A DNA stretch of 64,000 nucleotides from positions 74,564-138,563 of the forward strand of contig CAMAXY010000001.1 in assembly GCA_945862215.1 (NCBI GenBank), in the 5' to 3' direction. Position 1 is the first letter of the stretch; every line of letters begins with the position of its first letter. The notes under the pieces were generated by a model that saw only the letters and a program-made list of their open reading frames with translations, was not told the origin of the DNA and did no database searches. The stretch comes from Singulisphaera sp. GP187. GTDB lineage: Bacteria; Planctomycetota; Phycisphaerae; Phycisphaerales; SM1A02. Both the position numbers and the translations under genes were made by a program. Of this stretch, positions 1 to 10,048 are shown in pieces.

Positions 1-3
1 GCA

Positions 4-1641
4 ATGAAGAGCGCTGTCGAAGGTTTGCGAGGGACAACTGATGAGTTTGTGGTCCTCAGCGCCAAGATCGAGCAAGGCGGCGGCGCGAGTGGTGTCGAGC
101 GCCAGCATCGTCATGGTCGGCTGACGGCTCGCGAACGAATTGGTTTGCTTCTTGATCCTTCTTCTGCGCAGTTCGAATGCGGACTTCTCGCAGGATGGAA
201 TATGTACAAGGAATATGGCGGCGCGCCAGGCGCAGGAGTCGTGACCACGATTGGTCAGATCGAAGGACGCATCTGCATGGTGATTGCAAACGATGCGACG
301 GTAAAGGCTGGCGCATTTTTCCCGATGACCTGCAAGAAAATTATTCGTGCGCAGGAAATCGCACAGCGTGCGCGATTGCCTTTGATCTATCTCGTCGACA
401 GTGCGGGAGTTTTTCTTCCACTCCAGGAAGATGTCTTTCCAGATACCGATGACTTCGGTCGGATTTTTCGCAATAACGCAGTGATCTCTGCGAATGGAAT
501 TCCGCAGTACGCGGCGATCATGGGAAATTGTGTTGCTGGCGGAGGATATTTGCCCGTGCTTTGCGACACGCTGTTGATGACCGAAGGGAGTGGGCTCTAT
601 CTTGCGGGACCAGCATTGGTCAAAGCTGCAATCGGTCAAGAAGTGACAAGTGAAGAACTTGGTGGCGCACAGATGCATGCGGAAATTTCTGGCACGATTG
701 ATTTTCGAGAGAAGGATGATCCAGCGTGCATTGTTCGCTTGCGACGATTGATGACAATGAACGCATCTGCGCCACTCGCATTCGATCCACCCATCGTTGC
801 CGTCGATACCGAACGCGCCGTCGAGGATGTCTATTCGGTTTATCGCAGCGAAGTTGGTGCGCAGTACGACACGCGCGATGTGTTGAAGTGCGTTGTGGAT
901 CGCGGTTCGATGGACGAGTATCGCATGGAACATGGACCATCACTCGTCTGCGTCTATGCCAGAATCGGCGGTTTCCCAGTGGGAATAGTTGCCAATCAAC
1001 GCAAGATGACCGAGCGAAAAATGCCCGGTGGCAAGGCGGGGCCATCCACTTCGAAGTGCATGCCAGGAGTGATCTATGACGACAGCGCCGACAAAGCAGC
1101 GCGTTTCATTATGGATGTCAATCAGCGCAAGATTCCATTGCTGTTCATTCACGACACCACTGGATTTATGGTCGGTCGCGACAGCGAGCAAACTGGAATC
1201 ATCCGCGCTGGTGCCAAGATGGTGAATGCGATGAGTAATTCGATTGTTCCCAAGATTGTCTTGATCGCAGGCAATTCCTATGGCGCTGGAAATTATGCAA
1301 TGTGCGGTCGTGCATTCGATCCATTCTTGACTTTGGCATGGCCAGGTGCACGTTGCGCAGTGATGGGTGCAGCACAATCTGCAAACACGCTGTTGCAAAT
1401 TGATCTCGCAGCCCGAGAGCGCAAGGGAGAGCCGGTCGACGATGCGATGCGCGAAAAACTTCTCTCCGCAATTTCAGCTTCATATATGGAACAGCAGGAC
1501 ATTCGTTATGCCGCCAGCCGAGGATGGGTTGATCGAATCATCGAACCGCATCGCACGCGCGCAGAATTGACGCTTGCTCTTCGTACGGCGGCACAAGCGC
1601 CAATCGTCGGGACATTTCATACAGGCGTACTTCAGACCTGA
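4..1641 (+). CDS. acyl-CoA carboxylase carboxyltransferase (beta) subunit, methylcrotonyl-/propionyl-CoA carboxylase-like
   Basis: Full-length 545-aa ORF. It carries carboxyl-transferase family sequence throughout (VIANDATVKAGAFFP, GNCVAGGGYLP, IHDTTGFMVGRDSE, NSYGAGNYAM). Confidence 0.85.
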   Translation: MKSAVEGLRGTTDEFVVLSAKIEQGGGASGVERQHRHGRLTARERIGLLLDPSSAQFECGLLAGWNMYKEYGGAPGAGVVTTIGQIEGRICMVIANDATVKAGAFFPMTCKKIIRAQEIAQRARLPLIYLVDSAGVFLPLQEDVFPDTDDFGRIFRNNAVISANGIPQYAAIMGNCVAGGGYLPVLCDTLLMTEGSGLYLAGPALVKAAIGQEVTSEELGGAQMHAEISGTIDFREKDDPACIVRLRRLMTMNASAPLAFDPPIVAVDTERAVEDVYSVYRSEVGAQYDTRDVLKCVVDRGSMDEYRMEHGPSLVCVYARIGGFPVGIVANQRKMTERKMPGGKAGPSTSKCMPGVIYDDSADKAARFIMDVNQRKIPLLFIHDTTGFMVGRDSEQTGIIRAGAKMVNAMSNSIVPKIVLIAGNSYGAGNYAMCGRAFDPFLTLAWPGARCAVMGAAQSANTLLQIDLAARERKGEPVDDAMREKLLSAISASYMEQQDIRYAASRGWVDRIIEPHRTRAELTLALRTAAQAPIVGTFHTGVLQT

Positions 1642-1656
1642 ATTGCCCTTAGAGAA

Positions 1657-2298
1657 TTGAGCCATCAAGTGAAGTCCACTGAAATTATCGTCGCCACTGG
1701 GAATCCACATAAGGTCGAGGAAATCCGTGCGATTCTTGCGGTGCATGGTTTTCGCGTGCTGTCATTGACCGATGTGGGAGCAGAGGGGATTCCAGAACCT
1801 GAAGAGGATGGCGACACCTTTGCGCACAACGCAAGAATCAAAGCAACACAATATGCACGCGCGATCAATCGAATGGTTCTTGCAGATGATTCTGGACTCG
1901 CTGTCGACGCACTTGGCGGAGCGCCTGGCGTCTTCAGTGCGCGATGGTCTGGGCTTGGAGTCACGCGAGAGGAACGCGACAATGCGAATAACAAAAAATT
2001 GCTTGAAGAGTTAGCGTCGACTCCCGCGGATCAACGAACGGCTCGATTCGTATGCGCAATGTGCTTGTGTGCCGCGGATGGATCGGTGATCGCGGAAACT
2101 GTTGGAGAATTTCATGGTTCGATCGGCACGAATGCGCGAGGAGTGAACGGATTTGGATATGACCCACTCTTCGTGGTTGATGCAAACGGACGAACAAGTG
2201 CAGAATTGACCTCTCAACAGAAAAACGATCGCAGCCATCGAGGCGCTGCCACTCGTGCAATGGCAAAATTCTTGGCGACGCATCCTTCCCTATCCTGA
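1657..2298 (+). CDS. rdgB: RdgB/HAM1 non-canonical purine NTP pyrophosphatase
   Basis: N-terminus IVATGNPHKVEEIRAIL plus the GFGYDPLF and SHRG motifs typical of Ham1/RdgB. The start codon is non-ATG in the track. Confidence 0.85.
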   Translation: MSHQVKSTEIIVATGNPHKVEEIRAILAVHGFRVLSLTDVGAEGIPEPEEDGDTFAHNARIKATQYARAINRMVLADDSGLAVDALGGAPGVFSARWSGLGVTREERDNANNKKLLEELASTPADQRTARFVCAMCLCAADGSVIAETVGEFHGSIGTNARGVNGFGYDPLFVVDANGRTSAELTSQQKNDRSHRGAATRAMAKFLATHPSLS

Positions 2299-3571
2299 TT
2301 GCGTGTCGATCTCCCTTCCAATTCTTCCGCTTGCAACACCAGGGCAGCGATATTCCTGTCACGGATGCGGCAATTGCTGCCGCGATTTCACAGTTCAACT
2401 TCGACCTGAGGATTCGCAGCGAATACGCCAACAAGCGTGGGAGACTCGAATCGGTACAAATCCAATTGTTGTTTTCCGTGGGCAGGAATATTTAAGACAG
2501 CTTCCTGATGGCGCGTGCATTTTCTTGTTGGACGATGGACGTTGTCGAATCCACGCCGAATTTGGATTTGAAACAAAGCCAGTTGCATGCCAAATGTTTC
2601 CATACATGTTGGCGCCTTCAGAGACAGCAAGTCAAATGGGTGTCAGCTTTGCTTGCCAGAGTGTGGTGGAAAATAAAGGCAAGCAGTTCAACGAACAAGT
2701 TTCCGATGCCCTCAAGATTGTCTCGCGCGGAATTCCAGAAGTTGTCAGGCCCGCTCGAAGTGCTGCCATCTCGCGAAGCAGGCGTGCAGAAGCTGGAGAA
2801 TTAGAGGTACTCAAAAGTCGACTTGTTCGTTGGATTCAATGCGATGCACCGCTTTATCAAAGATTGGATGGTCTCGCTTGGATTGCACAGACTCTCTCCG
2901 TGGCGCAGTTGAATAAAGTTCGAGGTTCGCGCTTCAAAGAACTTGTCGATCTTCTCTTTGATTCGCTTGCTGATGAATTGCCGCTGCATCCAATTGGCAG
3001 AGCAATTCCACGGCAAATTGCGCTCTTTCAAGGGTCTGTTTTCGCGCGCACCGAAGATCCCAAGCCGGTTGCTCAAGGTGCGCCTGGCAGATTTCTTTCG
3101 ACGATCAGGCAACTGCGCAGAAATCGTTTGTGGCGCCGTGGAATCGCCGACACCGTTGTCCCACCGATTGGAATTGGTTGGCCGACGACCGCAACATTCG
3201 GCCATGTTGCCCAGGTCAATCGTGTTCGCGAATCATCCCAACTTACAGCATGTGATGAACTGGTTTCGCGTTGGATGCGGTCATCCATCGAAGGTGGTCG
3301 CATTTGGGGCTCTGGCTATTACGGTTGGAATGCGGTCGATGGATTGAGTGCGTTTGTTCTCTCTGCAGCAACGATCGGTTGGCTTGCAAGATTGCACGCT
3401 GTGGGTTCGAAAGCACACGCACCAAGTTTGGCAAATGTCCAAGCAGCAGTGGGGCGCATTGATCGAACAGCGGGTCGAGCTGTATGGCTAGGTGGTTGGT
3501 CAGAGCGAATGCGCTTGGCGTATCTCGTTCGAGACGATGGTCTTCGTCGCTTGGTTGCGTCGCAGTTCTAG
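2255..3571 (+). CDS. YkgJ-family (CxxCxxCC) cysteine-cluster protein with long C-terminal extension
   Basis: CHGCGNCCRDF followed by DGACIFL..DGRCRIH..KPVACQMFPY matches the YkgJ/UPF0153 zinc/iron-chelating cluster. The ATG at 2255 overlaps rdgB by 44 nt, so the GTG at 2303 is an alternative start. Confidence 0.6.
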   Translation: MQWQNSWRRILPYPDCVSISLPILPLATPGQRYSCHGCGNCCRDFTVQLRPEDSQRIRQQAWETRIGTNPIVVFRGQEYLRQLPDGACIFLLDDGRCRIHAEFGFETKPVACQMFPYMLAPSETASQMGVSFACQSVVENKGKQFNEQVSDALKIVSRGIPEVVRPARSAAISRSRRAEAGELEVLKSRLVRWIQCDAPLYQRLDGLAWIAQTLSVAQLNKVRGSRFKELVDLLFDSLADELPLHPIGRAIPRQIALFQGSVFARTEDPKPVAQGAPGRFLSTIRQLRRNRLWRRGIADTVVPPIGIGWPTTATFGHVAQVNRVRESSQLTACDELVSRWMRSSIEGGRIWGSGYYGWNAVDGLSAFVLSAATIGWLARLHAVGSKAHAPSLANVQAAVGRIDRTAGRAVWLGGWSERMRLAYLVRDDGLRRLVASQF

Positions 3572-3610
3572 AGATGCACGCACGAAAGGCGCAGGCCGTG
3601 TCGAGCTGAT

Positions 3611-4627
3611 TTAAGAAGGACTCTTGCCGATTGATGAACGCATATCCGTGTCGGCGTTCACGTTTTTCATCCGGTAATAATCCATCACGCCAAGATGTCC
3701 ATTTCGGAAAGACTCTGCAATTGCCCGAGGAATTTCGGCTTCCGCAAGAATGACGATTGCACGATTCTTCTGTGCTTCGGCGTTGTGTTCTGCTTCTTGA
3801 GCAACTGCGAGCGCTCGGCGTTGTTCTGCTTGGGCTTGGTAACGCTTTGTGTCTGCTTCAGCTTGAGCTGCTTGAAGTTGTGCGCCGATATTTTCTCCGA
3901 CATCCACATCGGCAATATCAATAGAAAGAATTTCGAAAGCGGTTCCAGAATCGAGTCCCTTAGCCAAAACGGTCTTTGAAATTCGATCTGGGTTTTCAAG
4001 AACACTCTTGTGATCGAGTGCAGAGCCGATCGTTGAAATGATTCCTTCGCCGACGCGCGCAATGATTGTTTCTTCGGTCGCGCCTCCGACCAAGCGAGAA
4101 ATGTTCGTACGCACCGTGACACGAGCCTTTGCTCGAAGTTGAATTCCATCCTTTGCCACAGCGTCGATGGTTTGCTTACCAGAAGCAGGATTCGGGCAAT
4201 CAATCACCTTAGGCATTACTGAAGTATTGACTGCATCAACAATATCGCGACCAGCCAAATCAATCGCCACGGCACGATCCCAAGGAAGTTCGATCCCCGC
4301 CTTTTCCGCAGCGATCATGGCGCGCACCACATTTGTCACGCGTCCACCAGCAAGAAAATGTGCTTCCATACTTTGCGTGCTAATTTCGAGTCCTGTTTTC
4401 TTTGCACTGATTCGATTGAGCACGATGAGCGACGGATTCACTTTTCTCAGACGCATCATGATGAGGTCGAGCAAACTGACAGGCGCTCCACTGAGCCAAG
4501 CCTGCAACCAAAGTTGCACATATTGCCCGATGATGAGCAGGAAAATCAGTCCGACGACTGCGATAACTGCAAGCCCGATCCATGCCCAAGGTTCGATCGT
4601 AAGAAGGAAGAGTGTTGAATTGTTCAT
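3611..4627 (-). CDS. floA: flotillin-like protein FloA (YqfA/UPF0365 family)
   Basis: Collinear with B. subtilis FloA as I recall it ([54 protein letters not shown]). An N-terminal TM helix is present. Confidence 0.9.
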   Translation of the reverse strand: MNNSTLFLLTIEPWAWIGLAVIAVVGLIFLLIIGQYVQLWLQAWLSGAPVSLLDLIMMRLRKVNPSLIVLNRISAKKTGLEISTQSMEAHFLAGGRVTNVVRAMIAAEKAGIELPWDRAVAIDLAGRDIVDAVNTSVMPKVIDCPNPASGKQTIDAVAKDGIQLRAKARVTVRTNISRLVGGATEETIIARVGEGIISTIGSALDHKSVLENPDRISKTVLAKGLDSGTAFEILSIDIADVDVGENIGAQLQAAQAEADTKRYQAQAEQRRALAVAQEAEHNAEAQKNRAIVILAEAEIPRAIAESFRNGHLGVMDYYRMKNVNADTDMRSSIGKSPS

Positions 4628-4651
4628 AGTTCGATCTTACCGAGAAACAAA

Positions 4652-5269
4652 TCAGGCATCAGAAGAAGCGTTTTTTTGTTCTCGTACTTTCAGTTGCCCT
4701 TCGAGCACTTCGATCACTTTCACTTTGGTTCCTTCAGAGATAAAGCCGTTTTCGGCGAGGGCGTCAAAGCGTGTGCCATCGATACGAACAAAACCAACGG
4801 GGCGAAGCGTGGTGACTGCAACTCCTTCATGCCCGACGAATGTTGCGAGTTGACGAGCCATTGTCTTCGCCGCGGATCCAGAAGTTGCAACAGATGTATT
4901 TGCAGATTCATCGTCGCCGTCGTCAGCGGTTCGTTTGTTTCCATCCGCGTCTTCTTTCAAGATCATTCGATGCGCGATGGGGGTCTTCGACCAAATCTTA
5001 AAGACAAGCAGAAGCACGATTGGACTTCCCGCGCAGAGAACTGCGAGATAGACGCCTCCCCATGTCACGTCATAGACGAACATCGAAGCGACTGACCCAA
5101 CTGCACTCACACCAGTCATCACCGCAAGCGCACCCGCAGATGGAACGAAGAGTTCAAGGACCAAAAGAATGATTGCAAGTCCAAGCAAACCAATTGCAAC
5201 AAACAAATAAATTTCTTCTCGTCCTGCAGCAGCAGCGGGGGCAGTTTGAGCAAGCAGTGAGATCATCAT
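4652..5269 (-). CDS. NfeD-family membrane protein (short form, C-terminal OB-fold)
   Basis: Several N-terminal TM helices and a C-terminal GHEGVAVTTLRPVGFVRIDGTRFDALAENGFISEGTKVKVIEV NfeD OB-domain signature. Its start overlaps the upstream NfeD gene by 4 nt (ATGA). Confidence 0.75.
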   Translation of the reverse strand: MMISLLAQTAPAAAAGREEIYLFVAIGLLGLAIILLVLELFVPSAGALAVMTGVSAVGSVASMFVYDVTWGGVYLAVLCAGSPIVLLLVFKIWSKTPIAHRMILKEDADGNKRTADDGDDESANTSVATSGSAAKTMARQLATFVGHEGVAVTTLRPVGFVRIDGTRFDALAENGFISEGTKVKVIEVLEGQLKVREQKNASSDA

Positions 5270-7008
5270 GTCGAGGATTGTCCTTGATCCGCCGATTCTT
5301 CGCGCGGTGCGTCATTCAAGAGCACTTCAACCTCGAGTGTTGTGCCCCTTCGGCGAACAATTCGAACTGGCGTACCCGCTTCGACAAATTCACCGTTGGT
5401 CTGCGCATCGAATGGTTGATTGCCAACTTGGACTTTTCCAGTTGGACGCAGAGTCGTGATTGCAATTGCTTGGCTACCAACTTGCGGCCAGTTGGATGGA
5501 ATCAAAATTGCATCACTCGACTGCGATGACGCCGCAACTTGAAGTGTTGCCCGTCGAAGCAGCGGTGATTGCGGAAGAAACTTCCATGAAAACCACAGGA
5601 TGGCAGTCGAACCGAATAAGCCAACCAATGTCGAACCGATCCCCATAAAAAGTTGTTGCTGTCCGATTGCAGATGAAATGTCTCGGGTGACGAAACTGGA
5701 AACCAAACCCGTCATCACCAATGCGCCGCCAATCACTGCAACCCAACCGCCGAGTGGAAGGATCACGATGTCAAGCGCAACCAATGCAAGTCCAAGCACG
5801 ACTGCGATCAATTCCCACCATTCTGCCAATCCGACCAATGCGGGCGCACCGACAAGGAGCAGGAGCGCGATGATTGCGAGCGATCCAAAGATTCCAAATC
5901 CAGGAGTCAACGCTTCGAGCACGAATGCGACAAGCAGTACGACGATCAATCCAATTCGCACTGGCCATCCTGTGAGGAATCGCACCAAGCTCTCTGACCA
6001 TGATTCTTCATATCGGGTGACAGTCGTCGCGCCGAACCAGGCAGCGATTTCTTGTTCATTTGCTGCTCTTCCTTTCGCTAATCCCAAAGCGATCGCTTCA
6101 TCTGGATAGACAACGAGCAGTTGATCTGCCTTGGCGACTTGCTCAATCAAAGTCCATTGCCCTCGATCTGCTTCTGTCAGTCGTGGGCGCGAAAGTTGAG
6201 GCACTGTTGGCGGGCCTTCGAGCATCGGCTTTGATTGATAACGAGAAAAATAGGGGATCAGTCCTTCACTTTCATCCTCGCCTTCGCTGCTCGAGTCGAC
6301 AGTTGGAGCGACTGTCGCCGCTTGTCGAGGTGGCTCGCTGCCAAAGACTGTTCGATATTCCTCGGCATCAACGATCGCGCGTTTTCCATTTGTTGTATTG
6401 CGAATCAACCAGAGTTCGCTTCCAAGTCGAACGAATGATTGCACGAGGTGTTCGTCATATCCGCGCAATCGAGCACTGTCGACCACTTCTGCCACAAGAG
6501 GCGCTTCCATCTTGGCTCGTTCGGTGGGTGGCATCGGAATCAGCCCGACTCCAGGTGCCACTTGAATTGGGGCAGCGTCTCCAAATGCTGAAGCAGGTCC
6601 GACAAGAATTTCTCGCGTCGCAAGTGCAAGTATCGCTCCTGCAGAAAATGCGTATGGATGAACCCAAGCAATTGTGTTCACTGGCATCTGAGTTTTGATG
6701 TAATTGCAAAGTTGCAGCGTTGCCAGCATGTCTCCACCTGGCGTATCGAATTCCAGCACGATCGCCTGAGCACCATTCGCAACAGCAAGTTCCGTTCGCC
6801 TCATGACCGAGATCACGGTGAGATCATCAATTGGACCGCGAATCGGGATGATCGCAATATTTCCCGCTTGTCGCTCTGCGGGTACAGCCCGTGGGGGAAC
6901 AGCCTGTGGGGAAACAGCCAGCGCTGACGCTGCTGTAATCAGAAACAGACTTGCGACAATGATCCGGATGAATCGGTTGAAGAACACGGTGACGTGATGG
7001 TAGAGCAT
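5266..7008 (-). CDS. NfeD-like membrane-bound ClpP-class serine protease (long form, YqeZ-like)
   Basis: Signal peptide, then a ClpP/SppA-like domain (IIPIRGPIDD..LEFDTPGGD..SAGAILALA), a block of TM helices and a C-terminal OB domain (AITTLRPTGKVQVGNQPFDAQTNGEFVEAGTPVRIV). It lies upstream of floA. Confidence 0.8.
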   Translation of the reverse strand: MLYHHVTVFFNRFIRIIVASLFLITAASALAVSPQAVPPRAVPAERQAGNIAIIPIRGPIDDLTVISVMRRTELAVANGAQAIVLEFDTPGGDMLATLQLCNYIKTQMPVNTIAWVHPYAFSAGAILALATREILVGPASAFGDAAPIQVAPGVGLIPMPPTERAKMEAPLVAEVVDSARLRGYDEHLVQSFVRLGSELWLIRNTTNGKRAIVDAEEYRTVFGSEPPRQAATVAPTVDSSSEGEDESEGLIPYFSRYQSKPMLEGPPTVPQLSRPRLTEADRGQWTLIEQVAKADQLLVVYPDEAIALGLAKGRAANEQEIAAWFGATTVTRYEESWSESLVRFLTGWPVRIGLIVVLLVAFVLEALTPGFGIFGSLAIIALLLLVGAPALVGLAEWWELIAVVLGLALVALDIVILPLGGWVAVIGGALVMTGLVSSFVTRDISSAIGQQQLFMGIGSTLVGLFGSTAILWFSWKFLPQSPLLRRATLQVAASSQSSDAILIPSNWPQVGSQAIAITTLRPTGKVQVGNQPFDAQTNGEFVEAGTPVRIVRRRGTTLEVEVLLNDAPREESADQGQSST

Positions 7009-7041
7009 AAAAACCCCCAGCCACTATTGGCCGGGGGTTTT
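7009..7041. terminator. bidirectional-looking intrinsic terminator hairpin
   Basis: AAAAA-CCCCCAGCC-actatt-GGCCGGGGG-TTTT: a 9-bp stem with one mismatch, flanked by an A-run and a T-run. It sits downstream of the DUF1559 gene on the minus strand and directly abuts the ATG of the long NfeD gene. Confidence 0.5.
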
Positions 7042-7088
7042 GATTTTTGGTTTTGAGACTTTGGTTTGTGAGTCGGAAAGTCGAACAA

Positions 7089-8012
7089 TCAATCCCAGCC
7101 CGCAATATGATTCGCCGTCGCAGGTCCTGTGCAAGACGTGACGATCTGAATCAGAGAATCAGCCCCACCAGTGGTCGTATCGGCCTTAAAGATATTGTCA
7201 AGAGTCGCAGTGGATCCTGTTCCAACTTTATCGAGTCCTTCAGGAGAGGAAGTTCGGACAAAGACAACGTGGTTGTCATTATGGCAAAGGTTTCCTTCCC
7301 ATTCATCTTTCGCACCGTGAATCGCGAGAGTTTGCGAATTGGTGTAATCGGTGGTATTTGTAAGACCATCCTTGACTCCACGATTTCCAATGATCACGAA
7401 TTTGGAGTTTCCTGAGGACTTCCACTCTTTCTTGCGACGGGCGTTAAATACTGTTCCACTCGTTGTGTTGTTGAGAGGCATCGTTGCATAGGAAGTCGCA
7501 GACGAATCCAAAAGCCCGCTCGTTCCAGAAATCTTGAAGTGAGCCACTCCTGCTCCACCGCCACCGTCTGGCGAATCGCCGTCCCAATATTTATCTTGTG
7601 CCGGCTTGTATTGAGTGAAATCGTAGTTTGTGCATACTCCAATACGCGAGCTGCTCTCAGCGGGGCTGACAAGCAAAGTTGGGGGGAATAGATTTTTTGC
7701 GATACAGGCAGAATACAGGTTTTGATGCGAATTCTTATTCTCGTTGAAATCTCCTCGCCCAGGAATATTCGTCCCAGAAATCGCGAGGCGATTGATTTCG
7801 CCAGGAATCGGAAAAAGTTGTCCAACAGCATCATCGTTGGCTTGGGTGATAAACCCTGTGTGAATTTGTTTCACTTGGGTTGCACACTTAATTTGCTGAG
7901 CATTCTTCCGCGCTTTCGAAAGTGCCGGCAGGAGAATTCCAAGCAGCAAGGCGATGATGGATATCACCACGAGAAGTTCTACTAATGTAAAGGCTCTTTT
8001 TGTTTTTTGCAT
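7089..8012 (-). CDS. DUF1559 protein with prepilin-type N-terminal cleavage/methylation domain
   Basis: [38 protein letters not shown] is a type IV pilin-like leader plus the H-X9-DG-family architecture typical of Planctomycetota. The ORF extends to 8048, but the short leader starting at M13 (8012) is preferred. Confidence 0.8.
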   Translation of the reverse strand: MQKTKRAFTLVELLVVISIIALLLGILLPALSKARKNAQQIKCATQVKQIHTGFITQANDDAVGQLFPIPGEINRLAISGTNIPGRGDFNENKNSHQNLYSACIAKNLFPPTLLVSPAESSSRIGVCTNYDFTQYKPAQDKYWDGDSPDGGGGAGVAHFKISGTSGLLDSSATSYATMPLNNTTSGTVFNARRKKEWKSSGNSKFVIIGNRGVKDGLTNTTDYTNSQTLAIHGAKDEWEGNLCHNDNHVVFVRTSSPEGLDKVGTGSTATLDNIFKADTTTGGADSLIQIVTSCTGPATANHIAGWD

Positions 8013-8082
8013 TTTGTTTCCAGTCGTTATTTTTGTAAGTAATTTCATAAAAAGTTATTTCTTCCTGAAGAATAGGAGTTGA

Positions 8083-9075
8083 TTATGGTGTGATTAGAGT
8101 GTCGTAGACAACTGCTCCGTTGGTCGCAGTAGGTAAACCAATGGTAAATGCAATGATGGCATCTCCCTGTTTTGCTGCTGAGGCTGCTCCAGTTCCGATG
8201 CAAGTAAAATCCATACAGAAAATATTGTCTTTGTCGAGAGTTCCAGATCCTCCTGAGCAGTCATAGCCAGTCTGAGTTGGGAAAAAAGTCTGTGTGAATT
8301 CTGAATGATTGTCACCATAGCAAATGTTTCCATCCCATTCCTTTTTAGATCCGTGCAATAGGAGTGTCGGACTGCCCTTGTAATCTGCAGGAGTGATTAT
8401 TGCAGAGCCAGGTCCAGTATTTCCGTGCTTGGGTCCTCGGGTTCCGAAAAGCGGCCTTGCGCTATCACCATTCGCTCTCCAGCCGATATCCTTTCGGGTT
8501 CCGAAGAGGGGTTGGTGTGCAAATGAAGCGTTGCAAATGCCTGCGGGTTGATGAAGATTGGCGAGGAAAGTGGTGTCCCAATATTTATCGGTTGATGGAT
8601 CATATTGGGCATAGTCGTATGGAACGTCTGCAACACCAATCGAGGCACCCTTGCCCTTTTCTACAACATTTGAACCACTGTATTCAGTAGGTCCGACCAG
8701 AATGTCTGGATTGAAGAGTTCGCGAGCAATACATGCAGAATAGAGGTTTGCAGTGTTGTTGAGTGAGTAGGACTCCAAACCCATTCCTTGGATTTGTTGT
8801 GTTCCAACGCCACCACCAGCGGTGATGCTAGTTCCCTGTCGATTAATCCAACCTGGAGTTGGGAGTTTGGACTGGGAGTCTTCACTCGCCATGATGATCA
8901 TGGCTTTATGAATTTGTGTGATTTGAGTCGCATCCTTAACAGTTCGGGCTGAGTCACGTGCCTTTGAAAGCGCAGGTAATAGAAGCCCAATCAGAACTGC
9001 AATGATTCCAATCACAACGAGAAGTTCAACTAAGGTAAATGCACGGGGTTTTACTCTGATTACAGTCATCGACAT
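8083..9075 (-). CDS. DUF1559 protein with prepilin-type N-terminal cleavage/methylation domain (paralog)
   Basis: [33 protein letters not shown] leader plus C-terminal [19 protein letters not shown], parallel to the neighbouring gene (AIHGAKDEWEGNLCHNDNH). The start is taken at the [10 protein letters not shown] methionine (9075) rather than the ORF end at 9159. Confidence 0.8.
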   Translation of the reverse strand: MSMTVIRVKPRAFTLVELLVVIGIIAVLIGLLLPALSKARDSARTVKDATQITQIHKAMIIMASEDSQSKLPTPGWINRQGTSITAGGGVGTQQIQGMGLESYSLNNTANLYSACIARELFNPDILVGPTEYSGSNVVEKGKGASIGVADVPYDYAQYDPSTDKYWDTTFLANLHQPAGICNASFAHQPLFGTRKDIGWRANGDSARPLFGTRGPKHGNTGPGSAIITPADYKGSPTLLLHGSKKEWDGNICYGDNHSEFTQTFFPTQTGYDCSGGSGTLDKDNIFCMDFTCIGTGAASAAKQGDAIIAFTIGLPTATNGAVVYDTLITP

Positions 9076-9555
9076 TGTCCTTGAAGTACGGAGATTCAGA
9101 TGGTCGCGTAAACGGAACGTCCGTGTACGCCAAACGAGAAACAAATTTAAAGCAACCAAAAAATATCAAAACAAACGAAATCAAATCAAAAGAAAACAAA
9201 TTTGAGAGATGCTTCGCAGATTTACGAGAGAATTACAATTGTTCCAAGAATTTTCTTTGGAGTTGATAAACTTGAAACAATTGAAATTGTAAATCAAGCG
9301 AAGGTAGCGCCAAGATGTCGGCTGCTGGGTCGGAAGGAATTGGTCCGAAATCTATAAAAGTTGATTTCGAATCAGAAACTTACGAAGGACGATTTGAGCT
9401 TTCCGCTCGGGTATGAGACTCAGCAAGCCAGTTGAAATATAAACAGTCACTGGAAGGAAACTGTCACAAGACCATACGAAAGTACTTCGGATTTAGGTCT
9501 AGTCAAGTTTTTATTTTCAATATATTTATTTTTAAAATGGCTATTCTCACGAGTT

Positions 9556-10035
9556 ATGACAACTTCGACCTCTCAAAATGCAATGGAAATGCTTGCCAAA
9601 CTTGGACTTGCTCTTCCTGTGGCTCCCAAGCCCGTCGCTTCTTATGTGCCATCGGTTCGCACAGGAAAATTGTTGATTATTAGTGGTCAATTGCCATTTC
9701 GCGATGGGAAGTTGATCGCCACAGGGAAAGTTCCCTCGGTTGTTTCAATCGAAGTGGCTCAAGAATGCGCAAGGCAATGCGTCCTGAATGGGCTTGCTGT
9801 TGTTGCGGCAGAGTGCGGTGGAACGCTCGCGCAGGTGTCGCGGATAGTCAGGCTGGGAGTTTTCGTGGCATGTGATGATGGATTTTCGGAACAGCCAAAG
9901 GTTGCCAATGGTGCAAGTGATTTATTGCAGCAGATCTTTGGTGAGGCTGGGCGTCATGCTCGCGCTGCGGTCGGAACAAATGCTCTGCCGTTGAACGCGT
10001 GCGTTGAAGTTGAAATGATGGTTGAACTTCTCTAG
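9556..10035 (+). CDS. RidA/YjgF family reactive-intermediate deaminase-like protein
   Basis: Small protein with a YjgF/RidA-like pattern (SGQLPF..DGKL, RVKLGVFV-type segment, C-terminal VEVEMMV). Confidence 0.75.
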   Translation: MTTSTSQNAMEMLAKLGLALPVAPKPVASYVPSVRTGKLLIISGQLPFRDGKLIATGKVPSVVSIEVAQECARQCVLNGLAVVAAECGGTLAQVSRIVRLGVFVACDDGFSEQPKVANGASDLLQQIFGEAGRHARAAVGTNALPLNACVEVEMMVELL

Positions 10036-10048
10036 CCCAAACTTGTGG

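Noticed and set aside
9076-9555. Riboswitch or known ncRNA in the long spacer upstream of ridA and the DUF1559 gene
   Set aside because: I could not recognise any conserved riboswitch core or convincing extended helices by eye. It is kept only as a low-interest observation that needs an Rfam scan.
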